Part shown: one piece after another, positions 47,352 through 58,900 of the stretch
Position numbering within the stretch: the stretch's first letter is position 1
Layout of the letters: each line of letters starts with the position of its first letter
Source: Candidatus Hydrogenedentota bacterium
Lineage (GTDB): Bacteria > Hydrogenedentota > Hydrogenedentia > Hydrogenedentales > JAEUWI01
Assembly: GCA_034669905.1 (NCBI GenBank)
Contig: JAXMOL010000023.1
Span: 1 to 64,000 of the forward strand
Direction: 5' to 3'
DNA length: 64,000 bases
Program-made: the position numbers and the translations under genes
Notes under the pieces: generated by a model
Databases searched by the model: none
What the model was told of the DNA's origin: nothing
Seen by the model: only the letters and a program-made list of their open reading frames with translations

Positions 47352-48614
47352 TTACAGGTCCAGCGTGGTAACGGAAATCTCCCAGGATACAAATTCAATA
47401 CCCTGGTCCACTACGACATAATAGGTTCCGGGACGGTCGAAAATGCGCGCGCGCATGCCAAGAAAATCGCCGTCCGATATACGGGTAAAGGGCGTATCGG
47501 TTTCGGCGTCATAGAGGGTCACGGAAAACCCACTCGGCGTTCGGGGGGCTGCAATACGGCATTCCAGACGCCACAGCCCACGCCCCACAATAAACTCCGG
47601 AGAGCGGCGTTCACCGGTTCCGGACCACTCCGCAATCGGCGTTGGGAGGACCTGGGGCCGGTAGCCGGTAGCATCGGCTTCCTTCAGGGCAGCGACCCGG
47701 GCCTGCCAGGCACTGTAGCGCATGTTTTCGTCGTGCGCCTTGGAAAGGGCCGCCCGGGCGTCCCGCTCCCGTTGAGAGATGGCTTTCTCCACAGACTCCA
47801 ACTCTTTGGCATGGGCCTTCATGCGGGCGCGATAATCCTCTTCGGCCTCGCCGATGCGCCGCTCGGTGCGACTGCGCTCGGCCAATGCCGCATCATAGAG
47901 GGAGGGGTCTTCCGTGTACCACCAGGTCGGCACGGCACGTAGCCGATCGTGCTCGTCATAGTAGTAGTGATACACCGGCCCCACGTAGCCCTTGGAGTTT
48001 TCATAGGCATCCAGATAAAAATTCGAGGCATCTTCGGCCTGGGCCTGCTCCACGGCCGCCTCCCGCGCATATCCCGCGGAAATCAGCCTGTCCTGCACCA
48101 CCCCCTTGGTAGAATCCAGGGTTTCCAACTGGTCCACCGCCTGGGCGTGATCGGCGACCCGTAGTTCCGTGCGCTGCTCCAGGGTCTCCCCCAGGCCCCG
48201 CTCAATCCACTGTTGTCGTTCAGGGGAAAGGCTCTGCCAGTGGGCCAATTGAGATTCAAAGAGGGCGAGGCTCTCCAACTGACGTTGCTTTTTCAGCAGG
48301 TCGCCATCTACCCGAGGTGCCGTGGACACCTTTGCCTGCTCCGCCGCCCGTGCCGAATCTCGCGCCGCCCGATACCGCTCCAGAATGGCCTCCCGCCGGG
48401 TACTGTCCGGCAAAATCACCACATCCGTAACATTACGTCGTCGACGGCTGATCTTTTCCAACTCCCCGGAATCGGGGTGATGTACGTAATAGTAGTCCTG
48501 GCTTGTCCGAATGTACACATCCCGATACCAGACATCACCCATACGCAAAGAATCTGCTGCCGCCATCCCCGCCATCACCGTGAACGCTACCATGAGGTAC
48601 AATGGCCTGACCAT
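47352..48614 (-). CDS. Secreted hypothetical protein with coiled coil and C-terminal beta domain
   Basis: Signal peptide; long charged helical segments; 420-aa ORF filling the gap. Confidence 0.7.
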   Translation of the reverse strand: MVRPLYLMVAFTVMAGMAAADSLRMGDVWYRDVYIRTSQDYYYVHHPDSGELEKISRRRRNVTDVVILPDSTRREAILERYRAARDSARAAEQAKVSTAPRVDGDLLKKQRQLESLALFESQLAHWQSLSPERQQWIERGLGETLEQRTELRVADHAQAVDQLETLDSTKGVVQDRLISAGYAREAAVEQAQAEDASNFYLDAYENSKGYVGPVYHYYYDEHDRLRAVPTWWYTEDPSLYDAALAERSRTERRIGEAEEDYRARMKAHAKELESVEKAISQRERDARAALSKAHDENMRYSAWQARVAALKEADATGYRPQVLPTPIAEWSGTGERRSPEFIVGRGLWRLECRIAAPRTPSGFSVTLYDAETDTPFTRISDGDFLGMRARIFDRPGTYYVVVDQGIEFVSWEISVTTLDL

Positions 48615-48926
48615 GTCGCCATCCTTTCGGTTGGATTACTCGACGGAACGCGCACTCCTCCCTTTAACTATTAAACGCCTCCCGCATAGGTATATTCAAG
48701 AGGCTTGAAAAATTGTGTACATCCCCCACTTTGACCGCATTATGTAAACGCCGGGCTAAAAGGGCAGCGGGTGGCGGCGCAAAAGTAAAGCATCGATAAC
48801 ACCGTGTAAAAACGACAACGATGGTGCGCTATGACGAAAACAAAACATAGGCGTGATAGAATCCCCCAGGCGGCAAGTGGAATCATAGCCATGCGCCACG
48901 GCGTCATCGACATAAGGATAAATTTC

Positions 48927-50687
48927 ATGGCCCTGAGAGTCTTTTCCCTTTTACTCGCCCTTTTCGCGATCCTTTCCGGAATCGCTCACGGAGAGACCGC
49001 CCCAACGAACGAAACGGCGCCCCCCTTTCACCTGGAGGTGTTGGTGGATTTTGTCGACGATGCCCTCGTGACCGAATTCACGCCGGATCACATCGACCAA
49101 ATGATGGCGACGTTGAAATCGCTCGGCGTCACTCGGGTAAGCTGGGCCTATTATGGCGACGGCCACGGGGGCTTCTTCATGCCATCCGGGCTGGACAAAC
49201 GGTGGCAAAACCTGGCGAATACCTACCAGAATCTGGGCAACCCCCTGCGGGTTGCGACGGAAGCGGCGCACCGCCACGGACTGGAACTTTATGCCTACTA
49301 CAAGCCCTACGAAACGGGCCCGGCGATCGCCCTCCCGGAAGGCACGCCCGAGGCCCGAGCCTTTGGCCGTATCCGCCAGCAGGGTGCCTGGCTGACCTGG
49401 TTCGACCCCTTCGTCGTCGAGAATCCCGATCTCCGTATCAAACGTTTGCCCGGTCTTCCGAATGCAACAGATAACGCGGTGCCCATTTGCGCCCTCAAGC
49501 TCGTCAAGCAGGACGACAGCCCGACGCGAATCACAGCGGAACACCTTCAGATCTGGGCGAGCGACGACAACTACCAATATAAGCCCCTAGAGGTTGATTT
49601 CACGGTAAGTGAAGCCGTGGAGCCCTCGCCGAAGGAAGTCCGCGACCGGGACGGCAAGCTCCTGACGAAAACGGGCGATCCGGTACGCACCCTGACCTTG
49701 TCCGGTTTTGCCCTCACCAATAAATACGTTCTGGTGACCACCGATTTCACGGAGGGACCGGCGGACTTCGAGAATGCCGGCACGGATATTCTCACCGCGC
49801 TAGACAGCGAGGGCAGCGAAATACCCGGTGTCTTCTATAACGGTGCCATGATTTATATGCGGGACAAGATAGATTTTCGAAACTGGGGGCTCCTTTTCGA
49901 TTGCGGCTATGGGCGCGGCATGACCCAGCTGGACCTACCCAACACATCGGGAAAACAGGGCGTGGTGGCCTTTGCCCGGGGGCGGAATGAATACCTTCCC
50001 GGGGCCTTGTGTGAAACCGAGCCCGCCGTGCGCGCTTACTGGCTGGACTGTATCCAGGAGATGTTGGATGCGGGTGTGGACGGCGTAGACCTCCGCGTGG
50101 AGAACCACGGCACCCACACGGATTACCCCGAGGAATATGGCGGTAACGAGGTAATACTCAAGGCCTGCGAGGCACGGGGCGGCGTTACGCCGGAAAATAT
50201 CGCTGCCGTGCGGGGCGAAGCCTACACGGCCTTTCTCCGCGACGCGAAGGGGCTCTTGGGAAAACATAATCGGCCCCTCCGCGTAAATCTGAATTTCGAT
50301 TGGTTCCGGTCCGACCCACCCGCCAACCGCAAGCTCGCCTACCCCATGAATATGGATTTCCCCTGGCGCGAATGGATCGATGCCGGTCTTATGGACGCGG
50401 CCATTCTCCGCTTCTATCGCCTCCCCTTCGATGCCATCTTTGACGATGCCGTGGCGCTGGAAATGACCGCCAAGTGCAATGCCGCCGGCATACCCATCAC
50501 CGTAAACCGCTACCTCAAGCCGACCATGCCCGAGGAATTTGAGCGTGTTCGGGATGATGGACGTTTCGCCGGATATGTCCTGTATGAGGCCGCCAGCTTT
50601 ATTACCTATGACGCCGAAGAGCAGTGTTTGGTAAAGCAAGATATGGTGAAGGAACTTGGGAAGCGGGTGACAGGGAAACAGGACTGA
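48927..50687 (+). CDS. Secreted GHL/DUF187-like TIM-barrel protein with an inserted domain
   Basis: Signal peptide; AAHRHGLELYAY, FVVENPDL, EPAVRAYW, GVDGVDLR, WREWIDAGL. Confidence 0.7.
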   Translation: MALRVFSLLLALFAILSGIAHGETAPTNETAPPFHLEVLVDFVDDALVTEFTPDHIDQMMATLKSLGVTRVSWAYYGDGHGGFFMPSGLDKRWQNLANTYQNLGNPLRVATEAAHRHGLELYAYYKPYETGPAIALPEGTPEARAFGRIRQQGAWLTWFDPFVVENPDLRIKRLPGLPNATDNAVPICALKLVKQDDSPTRITAEHLQIWASDDNYQYKPLEVDFTVSEAVEPSPKEVRDRDGKLLTKTGDPVRTLTLSGFALTNKYVLVTTDFTEGPADFENAGTDILTALDSEGSEIPGVFYNGAMIYMRDKIDFRNWGLLFDCGYGRGMTQLDLPNTSGKQGVVAFARGRNEYLPGALCETEPAVRAYWLDCIQEMLDAGVDGVDLRVENHGTHTDYPEEYGGNEVILKACEARGGVTPENIAAVRGEAYTAFLRDAKGLLGKHNRPLRVNLNFDWFRSDPPANRKLAYPMNMDFPWREWIDAGLMDAAILRFYRLPFDAIFDDAVALEMTAKCNAAGIPITVNRYLKPTMPEEFERVRDDGRFAGYVLYEAASFITYDAEEQCLVKQDMVKELGKRVTGKQD

Positions 50688-50689
50688 AC

Positions 50690-51589
50690 TCAAGTCCGCC
50701 AGGCCAGCGTCTTCCCTTCCCCGTTCCACGGGTGGTCCGGGTCGTTGGTCTTCGTGGTCAGCGTCATCCCTTCCGCCGTCAAACGCGCCTCCGTCCACCC
50801 CGTGGTCGACAACTTGGGGTCGGCTACGTAGGAGGTCGCAGGCATATTGAGGATATGGATGCCCTCGTGTTCGAAGAAGTTACGGTCATGGATGTGGCCG
50901 TGGATATAGGCCTTCACCTGCTTGCGGGAGGCGAGGATTTCCCAGAGTTCCGCCGAATCGGTGAGTCCACCGGGAAAGTGGACTGGGTCGCCCCCCAGGC
51001 GCGGATTGTGGTGGGCCATGATAATCGCCACTTTGTCTGGGCGCGCGTCCAGGGCCTCCGCCAGCCACATTCGTTGCGCCTCTCCCAGGGTGCCCGACGT
51101 CACCATGGTTTCGTACAACGAATCGAGGAGGAAAAAGTTGGCAAAGCGCGTTTCCACCACGGAAATATGGCGCGATTCTACCGCGGCGCTTTCGGGGCGC
51201 TCTTCCGACAGTACCTTGTAGAAAACTTCGCGATTATCATGGTTGCCGAGGGTGAGGTGTACATCCAATCCGGCTTCCCGCAAGGGTGCGATGAGCGTCG
51301 CGAAGTGGCGGTAGTCCCCCGGCTGCCCATCGGTCAGCGCCAAATCCCCGTTAATCAAGACACACGCGGGCTTTTGCTTCAGGCCCACCAGCTCCTCCAC
51401 CACCTGCCGTAAATGGCTCGACACCGGGGAATCGGGCGCGTGCGTCTCAGCGATGTGGGTGTCGTTCAGCAAGTAGACCAAGTCACCATCGACCTCGTTG
51501 CCGAAGGACTCCGTGGCGCAGGCAACGAGCCCCGCACCCACGGTGAAGAGAAACTGGCGTCGGTTTGGTGCGGGAAGATGGATAGGCAT
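50690..51589 (-). CDS. Calcineurin-like metallophosphoesterase (CpdA/Icc-like) with Tat-like motif
   Basis: NRRQFL; DTH, GDL, GNHD, HH, GHIH. Confidence 0.92.
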   Translation of the reverse strand: MPIHLPAPNRRQFLFTVGAGLVACATESFGNEVDGDLVYLLNDTHIAETHAPDSPVSSHLRQVVEELVGLKQKPACVLINGDLALTDGQPGDYRHFATLIAPLREAGLDVHLTLGNHDNREVFYKVLSEERPESAAVESRHISVVETRFANFFLLDSLYETMVTSGTLGEAQRMWLAEALDARPDKVAIIMAHHNPRLGGDPVHFPGGLTDSAELWEILASRKQVKAYIHGHIHDRNFFEHEGIHILNMPATSYVADPKLSTTGWTEARLTAEGMTLTTKTNDPDHPWNGEGKTLAWRT

Positions 51590-51795
51590 GGTTAGACTCC
51601 AGTCTTAAGGGGCGGTACAAGTCGCTGCACAGTATGACCGACGCTTCGATTCTATGGCAATGCCATGGCAAATGAATCGCGGGGTCAGCATCAACGCTAC
51701 CCTTCTCCCCGCAGGCTGTGGCCGCATACGTATCGTACATACGAAAGTCGTCCCGGCACTCGTCATCTGCCGGGACAACCTGCGATTCGCTACAA

Positions 51796-54003
51796 CTACT
51801 TCTTTTTCAACGCATTAATACGCGCCACGCTTTCCCAGAACGCATCGGTATTGGGAAATTGGCCTGGTGCCACCGTCTCCACATGACCATCCATAAAGAG
51901 CACGTTGATCACGTCGTCTGACCACGCGCCTCGGCGTTCCATGAGTATGGGCACACGCGACTGGAACTGGTAGTCAGCTGCTGGATTGGAAGAATCCTCT
52001 ATGACCATCCGCGCAACTTTTTCCCGCAATCGGTAGACCGTTCCGCCGTCTACTTCCATGTCGCTATTGGGCACCCCGCCCGCTGCGGCGGATGCCAGAT
52101 AGCCTTGGGTGTAAGACGCCATTTCTTCATCGTTCCTCACGAGGTATCCCAAGTAGACATAGTGGTAATCGTCCACCGCCGATACAGGATTATTCGTGGC
52201 CTTTTCTTGCCAAAGCTCCGCACCTTCCCCACCCGGATTAACAAGCACACTCGTATCGACCAAATACTCTGGATAGACGGCTGTTGCTCGTCCACTGCGA
52301 TAGTCTTCGGCCTCGGTCGCGGCAAACATCAGATGTCCCGGAGTGGCCTTCAAGGGCGGAAACTGCTCATCCCAACTCTCATTCGCATACATCTTGAAAA
52401 CAAGGCCCAGCTGCTTCTGGTTATTCTGGCTGCTGGCCTTTTGGGCTTCGGACTGGGCGGCTCCCATCCCGCCCAAGAGCGCTTGCGCGGAGACCAGACC
52501 AAAGGCCGAATTCGCAAACTCAACCCGCAGTTCAGAGAATTCGGCACGGTCCCATGCCTGGATCGTTATCGCAGGAGCGTCCTGCAGCGCTTGGACAGCA
52601 GAACCCCCTTCTCCGGCAGTCCCGGCCATTCCTGCAGCCATCTGCATAAGCGGACTTGACGCCACCTTGGCCAGATCGATGGTCACGTCCGCCCGATTGG
52701 GGGCATCATCGACAGGTGCCACCTTATTCTTGAGGGCATCAAGAATCGCCTTGGTGCCGTCTGCCGTGCTCGCGGCCACGAGGGTGTCGTCCTTGAAACC
52801 ATAGGTAATTCCCCCAAGCATGGGCGGAATTCCTTCGGGACCATAGAGCTGGACGCCGTCATAGTCTCCACGGGAAACGGTGCGCATGCCACCCATCCCC
52901 AATAACATGTCGAGCATCTCTGCCTGCATGGGCTTCACGGCCAACTTTACCTCCGGCATGCCCGCAGCCCCCATATTGACCGAAAGGGCCAGGGAGTTCC
53001 CCAGGATCGGTGTCAACATCCCTTGCAACTGATCCGCTCCCAAGGCGGAAGCGGGACTGCCGTCTTTGGCAATTGCCATGACCAACTCGATAAGTCCCGC
53101 CCCATCCTGCAGGGACATGTTCAGGACCGTCTCAGGGGTAGTCGGATGGCGGAGACCTATCGGATCGCCCGCCGCAGGGGCCACCGCACGCTTGAAGGCC
53201 ACTACTTTCGCAGCACTCTTACTGTCTACTTCCCCGAGCGTAGTGGACACCAGGAAACCTTCGTACCAGGAAGCGAGCAGCTGGACGGTCGCCTGCTGAT
53301 CCAAATCCTCATCGGAAGCCAGCGCGTCACAGTTCCAATATTGGACCAGGTCGTTCGACGCCTCATTCTGCAGGGACTCGAAATGCGGCAGGAGTTCGTG
53401 GGGTGCCCCGAAGCTCGCTGCAGCGGCCTCAAAGTGACGTTTATCTTTGGTTAGTACGGCGTAGCCTTCCGCCACAAACCAATATCCCGATCCGACCACG
53501 CCCGCAGGCACTTCTTTATCCCCAACCTGCAGACTCAGGACGTCGGAACCTTCTATAATGGGGGATTGGGCGAATGCCTCGGCTGAGCGAACCGGGACAT
53601 AGACCCATGCGTCTTGCGCAAGTGATTCAAAAACTATGCCGAAGGGGCGGTCTCCGTCAACGCCATACATATCCAGTAAGTGCGAAAAGGTCACCTCATC
53701 GTCGGGGGGCATCTCCCCCCCGAGGTCTACGAAAAACTCCCTGATAAAACCGTTTAACTCGTCGGACTCGCCGTGGGCATCGGCCCATTCTGAAATGTAA
53801 TTCAAGGTACCGCCGGGACGGGGCAGGACTATCATGCCTACGGGGTCAGCGGGCATTCGGGCTAACAGGTCATCCAGGTCGTCAACCTGTGCGCTGTCAC
53901 TGCCACTTCCTCCGCAGCCCACCACCAACAACGATACGACCAACAGGGTTGCAAAACCCTGTACCACATGGTTCCAACAAGTCACTTTAAAAATCCCCAG
54001 CAT
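51796..54003 (-). CDS. Lipoprotein with C-terminal DUF1559-like / H-X9-DG-type pilin-associated domain
   Basis: LLVVGC lipobox; SSQNNQKQLGLVFKMYANE..FPP, YVYLGY, NVLFMDGHVE. Confidence 0.75.
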   Translation of the reverse strand: MLGIFKVTCWNHVVQGFATLLVVSLLVVGCGGSGSDSAQVDDLDDLLARMPADPVGMIVLPRPGGTLNYISEWADAHGESDELNGFIREFFVDLGGEMPPDDEVTFSHLLDMYGVDGDRPFGIVFESLAQDAWVYVPVRSAEAFAQSPIIEGSDVLSLQVGDKEVPAGVVGSGYWFVAEGYAVLTKDKRHFEAAAASFGAPHELLPHFESLQNEASNDLVQYWNCDALASDEDLDQQATVQLLASWYEGFLVSTTLGEVDSKSAAKVVAFKRAVAPAAGDPIGLRHPTTPETVLNMSLQDGAGLIELVMAIAKDGSPASALGADQLQGMLTPILGNSLALSVNMGAAGMPEVKLAVKPMQAEMLDMLLGMGGMRTVSRGDYDGVQLYGPEGIPPMLGGITYGFKDDTLVAASTADGTKAILDALKNKVAPVDDAPNRADVTIDLAKVASSPLMQMAAGMAGTAGEGGSAVQALQDAPAITIQAWDRAEFSELRVEFANSAFGLVSAQALLGGMGAAQSEAQKASSQNNQKQLGLVFKMYANESWDEQFPPLKATPGHLMFAATEAEDYRSGRATAVYPEYLVDTSVLVNPGGEGAELWQEKATNNPVSAVDDYHYVYLGYLVRNDEEMASYTQGYLASAAAGGVPNSDMEVDGGTVYRLREKVARMVIEDSSNPAADYQFQSRVPILMERRGAWSDDVINVLFMDGHVETVAPGQFPNTDAFWESVARINALKKK

Positions 54004-54448
54004 CGTGCCCTCCTTGTATTTCTTCGTAGGTTAAGGGGGCTGTCGGAACCGACATCGGATGACTTCGCCCCAGCTGTTTGAAACTCATTTGCCCGAAGCC
54101 GCGTATAGCCGTGAGCTTGATGCCCTCTCGCTTAAATCGAGCACCGTCAGTGCGTTGTTATAGAACAACTATACACATGGACTCATTGCACCGCAACGCA
54201 CGCACCGTCGGCGCTTCCAAGCGAAGCCGCGCTTGGGAACGAGGTCTCAAATACTTCGTTCACGCTTGAGCCAATCCCTAACGGAATCGCTATTGAGGGG
54301 CACACGCTCGAAATCGTACTCATTCACAGACACGGATTGGTATCCTGCTCCACGCACACGAATAGGCGGGGCCTAATCGCGTGGCACGGGGCATGGTCAC
54401 AAAAATTGTCCTGCGGGATATTTCGTCGTAATGTCATTTTTTCGTGCG

Positions 54449-55630
54449 TCACGCCCAGCGCTTCAGCGGATGGGTCCGGTCGACCAGCGGCAGCGACACA
54501 CGGCCCCCTTGCACGCAGGACTCGAACACCGCCTGAATCATCTCCCACGAGGCCAGCCCGTCATGGACGCTAAAACGGGGACGACGATCTTCTTCAATGG
54601 CGGCGATGAGATCATCGATGATAATTCTGTTGCGGGCATTCGCGGGAATGGGCGGTTCCGTCACAGGCGAATCGGGCAAGGGTTTCCAGCCGACTTCTGA
54701 ACCCACGGGGGCCCAGTTGGGCGCGTCAAGCCAACCCACGTCGATGGTGGCGTCTCCCTTCAGGACCCGGACGGAGATCACGCCCCGGGTGCCATAGATA
54801 TCGATGCCGAAGCGGCCGCCGTTTCCGTCGGGATTCTTCATGGAATCAAAGTAGCCCACGGCGCCGCCGGGGAATCCATACATGGCGTGAATCCGGTCGC
54901 CCACAATGGGCCCGAGGGGTTCGGTGGGCTTCCGCACATCGGCGGGCGTGGCGGGCCGTCCTTCCATGGTGATGTCGGCCGAACACCACATGGGCGAGCC
55001 ATCCATAAGGAAGCGCATGAGGTCCAGCACATGGGTTCCGAGGACGATGAGGTCTTCCCCACCAGCGCGATGGTCCTCTTTGCCGCGGCCACGGGCCTCG
55101 AGTACGGTGCCGATTAGCCCGTCCTCGTAAATCAGCTTCTTAGCCCGTTGCAGCAGGGACATGCCGCGAAAGTTGTAGGCGATGGACCACTTCAGGTTCT
55201 TGGCATCCACGGCGGCCACCATCTCGTCGCCCGCGTCCAGGCTGTCGCAAAAAGGCTTCTCGATAAAGCCATGGGCACCCACCTCGGCGCACGCCAGGAG
55301 ATAGTCCCGGTGATTAACGGTGCAACGGGGCCCAATGGCCACCAAGTCGGGCCGCTCCTTCTCCAGCATCTCCCGATAGTCCGCGTAGCTCCGCTCGGCC
55401 CCCAGGCCGTTGGCATGGTGCGCCCGGCCCTTCTCATCCGGGTCGGCGAGGCCCACGATAGCGACGTCGTCCCGATAGCGGAAGGCATTCTGGATTTGAT
55501 GGCCATAGCCGCCGAGCTTGGTGTCGCCGATGATGCAGGCCTTGTATTTCTTTTCGGATTGGGCCGTCGCGGTCGCGGCCAAGGCCACGGCGGACGATGC
55601 CGCAATGAATTCACGTCGATTGAGTTGCAT
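54449..55630 (-). CDS. Tat-exported Gfo/Idh/MocA family oxidoreductase
   Basis: LNRREFI; IEKP; GTHVLDL. Confidence 0.9.
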   Translation of the reverse strand: MQLNRREFIAASSAVALAATATAQSEKKYKACIIGDTKLGGYGHQIQNAFRYRDDVAIVGLADPDEKGRAHHANGLGAERSYADYREMLEKERPDLVAIGPRCTVNHRDYLLACAEVGAHGFIEKPFCDSLDAGDEMVAAVDAKNLKWSIAYNFRGMSLLQRAKKLIYEDGLIGTVLEARGRGKEDHRAGGEDLIVLGTHVLDLMRFLMDGSPMWCSADITMEGRPATPADVRKPTEPLGPIVGDRIHAMYGFPGGAVGYFDSMKNPDGNGGRFGIDIYGTRGVISVRVLKGDATIDVGWLDAPNWAPVGSEVGWKPLPDSPVTEPPIPANARNRIIIDDLIAAIEEDRRPRFSVHDGLASWEMIQAVFESCVQGGRVSLPLVDRTHPLKRWA

Positions 55631-55994
55631 GTGCTATGTCCTTCCTTTAGTCGATACTTATTCGCAATGATGACCTTATCATGGACGGAGCGGCGCGTGG
55701 AAACGGGAGAGAATAGATATAGGGGTTGACCATTCCTGGTCGACCCAAGGTGCACGAAATTTTTCGCAGTTCATGCCGGCGGACGCAGGACGTGGTGCGT
55801 TCCCCTCCAAGCATCCCATCACCTGACCAACATCACGGGCCCCTGTGATCACGGATGAGGGCCTTGTGTCGACCAGGAATGGTCAACCCCCTGTTGGTCC
55901 GCGCACCTATGTGTTCTTTCTCTGTGATAGTAACCACCTTGGATTTGGACTCCCGTCGCTTTACGTTAGACGTCATTCGCCCTACGCGCGACAC

Positions 55995-58900
55995 CTACGG
56001 CCTGAATAACACTACGGCACCACTATCCAGTGCCAGTGCCAGACTCCCATCACCCAGCTTTTCAACGCACACCGGTGTGCCCTCCACGTTTCCTTGTTTC
56101 AATACTGCGCCTGCGCTGTCTAACGCCTTCACCGTGCCATCCTCCAACGCCACAACGATCACCGGCACATTTCCGTCTACCGGTCTGTGCGCGCCCATCA
56201 CCACCGGCGACCCGCCCACATTCACACCCCAGAGCCGTTCGCACTTCCCCGTGAGGGCCACGAGCAACCCTGTCTTTTCCGCCACGAGTATTTCGGGCGT
56301 TCCGTCGCCGTCCAGATCGGCGGTGTCCATGTCGCGGATGTTCAGCGCGGGGATGCGGTCTCCGGGGCCGAAGCTGGCATCGTATTTGGCCGTACCGTAT
56401 TTGTCCCACACGGTGACGCGGTTCCAGGAGCCGTTGATTTCGGACATGAGCTCTTTTTCGCCGTCGCCGTCGAAGTCTTCAAAGAAGAGGTGGTAACGAT
56501 TCATGCTGGACCAGCCGCCAATGTAGGTGTGCCCTTCGGGGACGGTGTGCAAGCCCCGGGGAGCGGGGTTGAGGGATTTGTTGTCGATCATGGCGACAGC
56601 ATTGAACCCGTTATATTTTCGTGCGGCCAGGAGGGTCAGGATATCCTCCGCCGTCGGGATAATCTTGAAGAGGGAGACCTTCCCCCAGAACTGGGGCATG
56701 CGTTTGATGAGTTGGCCGTGCTCGTCGATAATTTCGAGGGTACAGGCGCTCCCGACAAAAGCTTGGCTCTTCCCGTCAAGGAAGACGCCCGTGTGGAGAC
56801 CATGGATACCCTCGTGTCCGGGGGCGGACTTAAACCAATAGGTCTTGGCCGCACGGAAGACCGCCGGGTCCATTTCGCTGACGAACTCCCACCGCCGCTC
56901 GCCCGCCTCGTTGAAGGCGATGACCTTTTCGTCCGCACAGCCTGCGAGGAGGAGCTTGTGTTCCGCCCACCAGCGGAGCATGCGGATGGGCCCGTCGGTC
57001 TGGAGGGTGTTGACGACTTCGCCCTCGGTCGTGATGAGATGGATAGTCTTACCCGCCGCAGCGGCAATCAGGGTGCCCTTTTCGCCTGGAATCGACACCA
57101 GGTCTACGACCGCCTCGCCAAGCTCTACGCGAACTTGAGGCACGAGGGCCTCCGCCACTTGGGGCGAGGGCACGACCGCAACATATGCCCTATCGGGTGC
57201 CCGTGTAGCGGCCACCGGACCCAATGCATCCTGCACCGCCGAGGGAAGTGAAAGGGTTGCCAACGCCTCCCAGAGTCTTGCCAAAGCAATGCCCCTATCC
57301 CCACGGCCGACCACCGAATAGATATACTCGGTCTCTCCCGCCTTCACCGGCCCCACCCAGGTCATGGTGGCCACCTTGCCTTGTACGTTCGTCTTCATGG
57401 CGCGCGATACCGACACGGTCCCAACTGGGGCGGGAGCACCTGCCTTGGTAGCGATGAGGTGGCTGGGGCGCGCGGGGTCGAGCTCCCAGTCATTTTCCTT
57501 GGTCTCCCAGGAAAGCGCAATCTCAAAGTTTTCTGTGTCGATGCGCGTCGTCACGGCATCCGCGATAATCGTGTATTCCCCCTTCTTGCTGACTATGGTC
57601 CGCTCCCAGCTGGCGAAGGGCATGTTGGGCACTTCCGCCACGGCAATCGCCACATCGGCGAGGACCTCCACCTTTTTCAAGGCGGCATCCATGGCCACCA
57701 CCGGCTCGGTGAGGCCATCGGCCCGGGTGCGAATCTGGTTGAGGTAGCCTTCGAGCATGGTCTCGCCATCGAGGCGCAACTCCAAGAGCACGAAGGTATG
57801 GTAGGGATTCCGGGAGGCCCCGTTGAGTCCATCGAGGAGGATGAAATCACCGCTGGCATCGGGGGCCGAGCGGTAACTCGCAAATTGAAAGGATTCCCCC
57901 AGCGGCAAGCCACTCTTGCGCTGCTGCCACATCCCCTCGGGCACGGGGTGGACGGTCCATTTGTCGACGAGGTCTACCGGCAGGGTTGGCTCCAGGGCGG
58001 CATCGGGCCAATAGGATTGTCCGAGGCGGAAGGGCTTGAGGCTGATGCCGGAATGGCCCACATAGTCCAGCCAGCGCCCGTCTTGGGTGAGGTCGGCCGC
58101 TTTGTGGTAGTAGCCGATGGAGCCGTAACGCAGCGCCCAGTCGTTTTGCTTGCCTGCGAGCAGGGCCTCGTGTCCCCGGAGCAGCGTCGCCAGCACACCA
58201 TTCTCCAGGGGCACGCGGTCCCCCGAGAGCATCATGTAGGTCAAGATGGGAGCCACGCCCGTGGTGTACCAATAGAGGTTGTCGCTCTCCCCCGCTACCC
58301 ACGCATGCTCGTGGAGGGGTTTGAAGTGAAGGGCACCATTTTCTTCGCAGACCGGCCAGATGGGGTCTTCGTAATCTTTGGCGAAATAGCGGCCGAGGGC
58401 GTAGAGGCTGATGGCGGTCCATTGGCCATGGCGCGAACCCACCGAGGCGGGCGTGGCGGCATAGGGACCCCGATAGGCACCCTTGATACCATGGTGCTCC
58501 AGTTGCTTCGCAAAGGCGTTGGTCACCCGGAGCCGCTCTTCGTCCGTAAAGAGAGGACTCTCCTCAATGAGATCCCAGTAGAGAATCATCATGTGGGCGT
58601 TGTAATGGTAGGGACCGCTGAGCGGCGCGTCCTTGTTCTCGATACGCTCACCATCGATTTCGCCGATCTCGGCCTTCGCCTGGTCGTCGGGAAAGGCGAG
58701 GCGAACAACCTCCCGGGCGTGGAATTCGTCGCCGGTCATGTAATAGAGGGCCATGCGCTTGCTGATGCTGTTCCAGCCGAAATAACCAATGCCCCCATAA
58801 CCCGCCGAATCTTCCCAGGTGGGGAAGCGGTCGATGTCGGTGGGCACCTCAATGCCCTCTCCCAGTTGCAGCTCCATGAGGCGCCCGAGGATGAGCGCAC

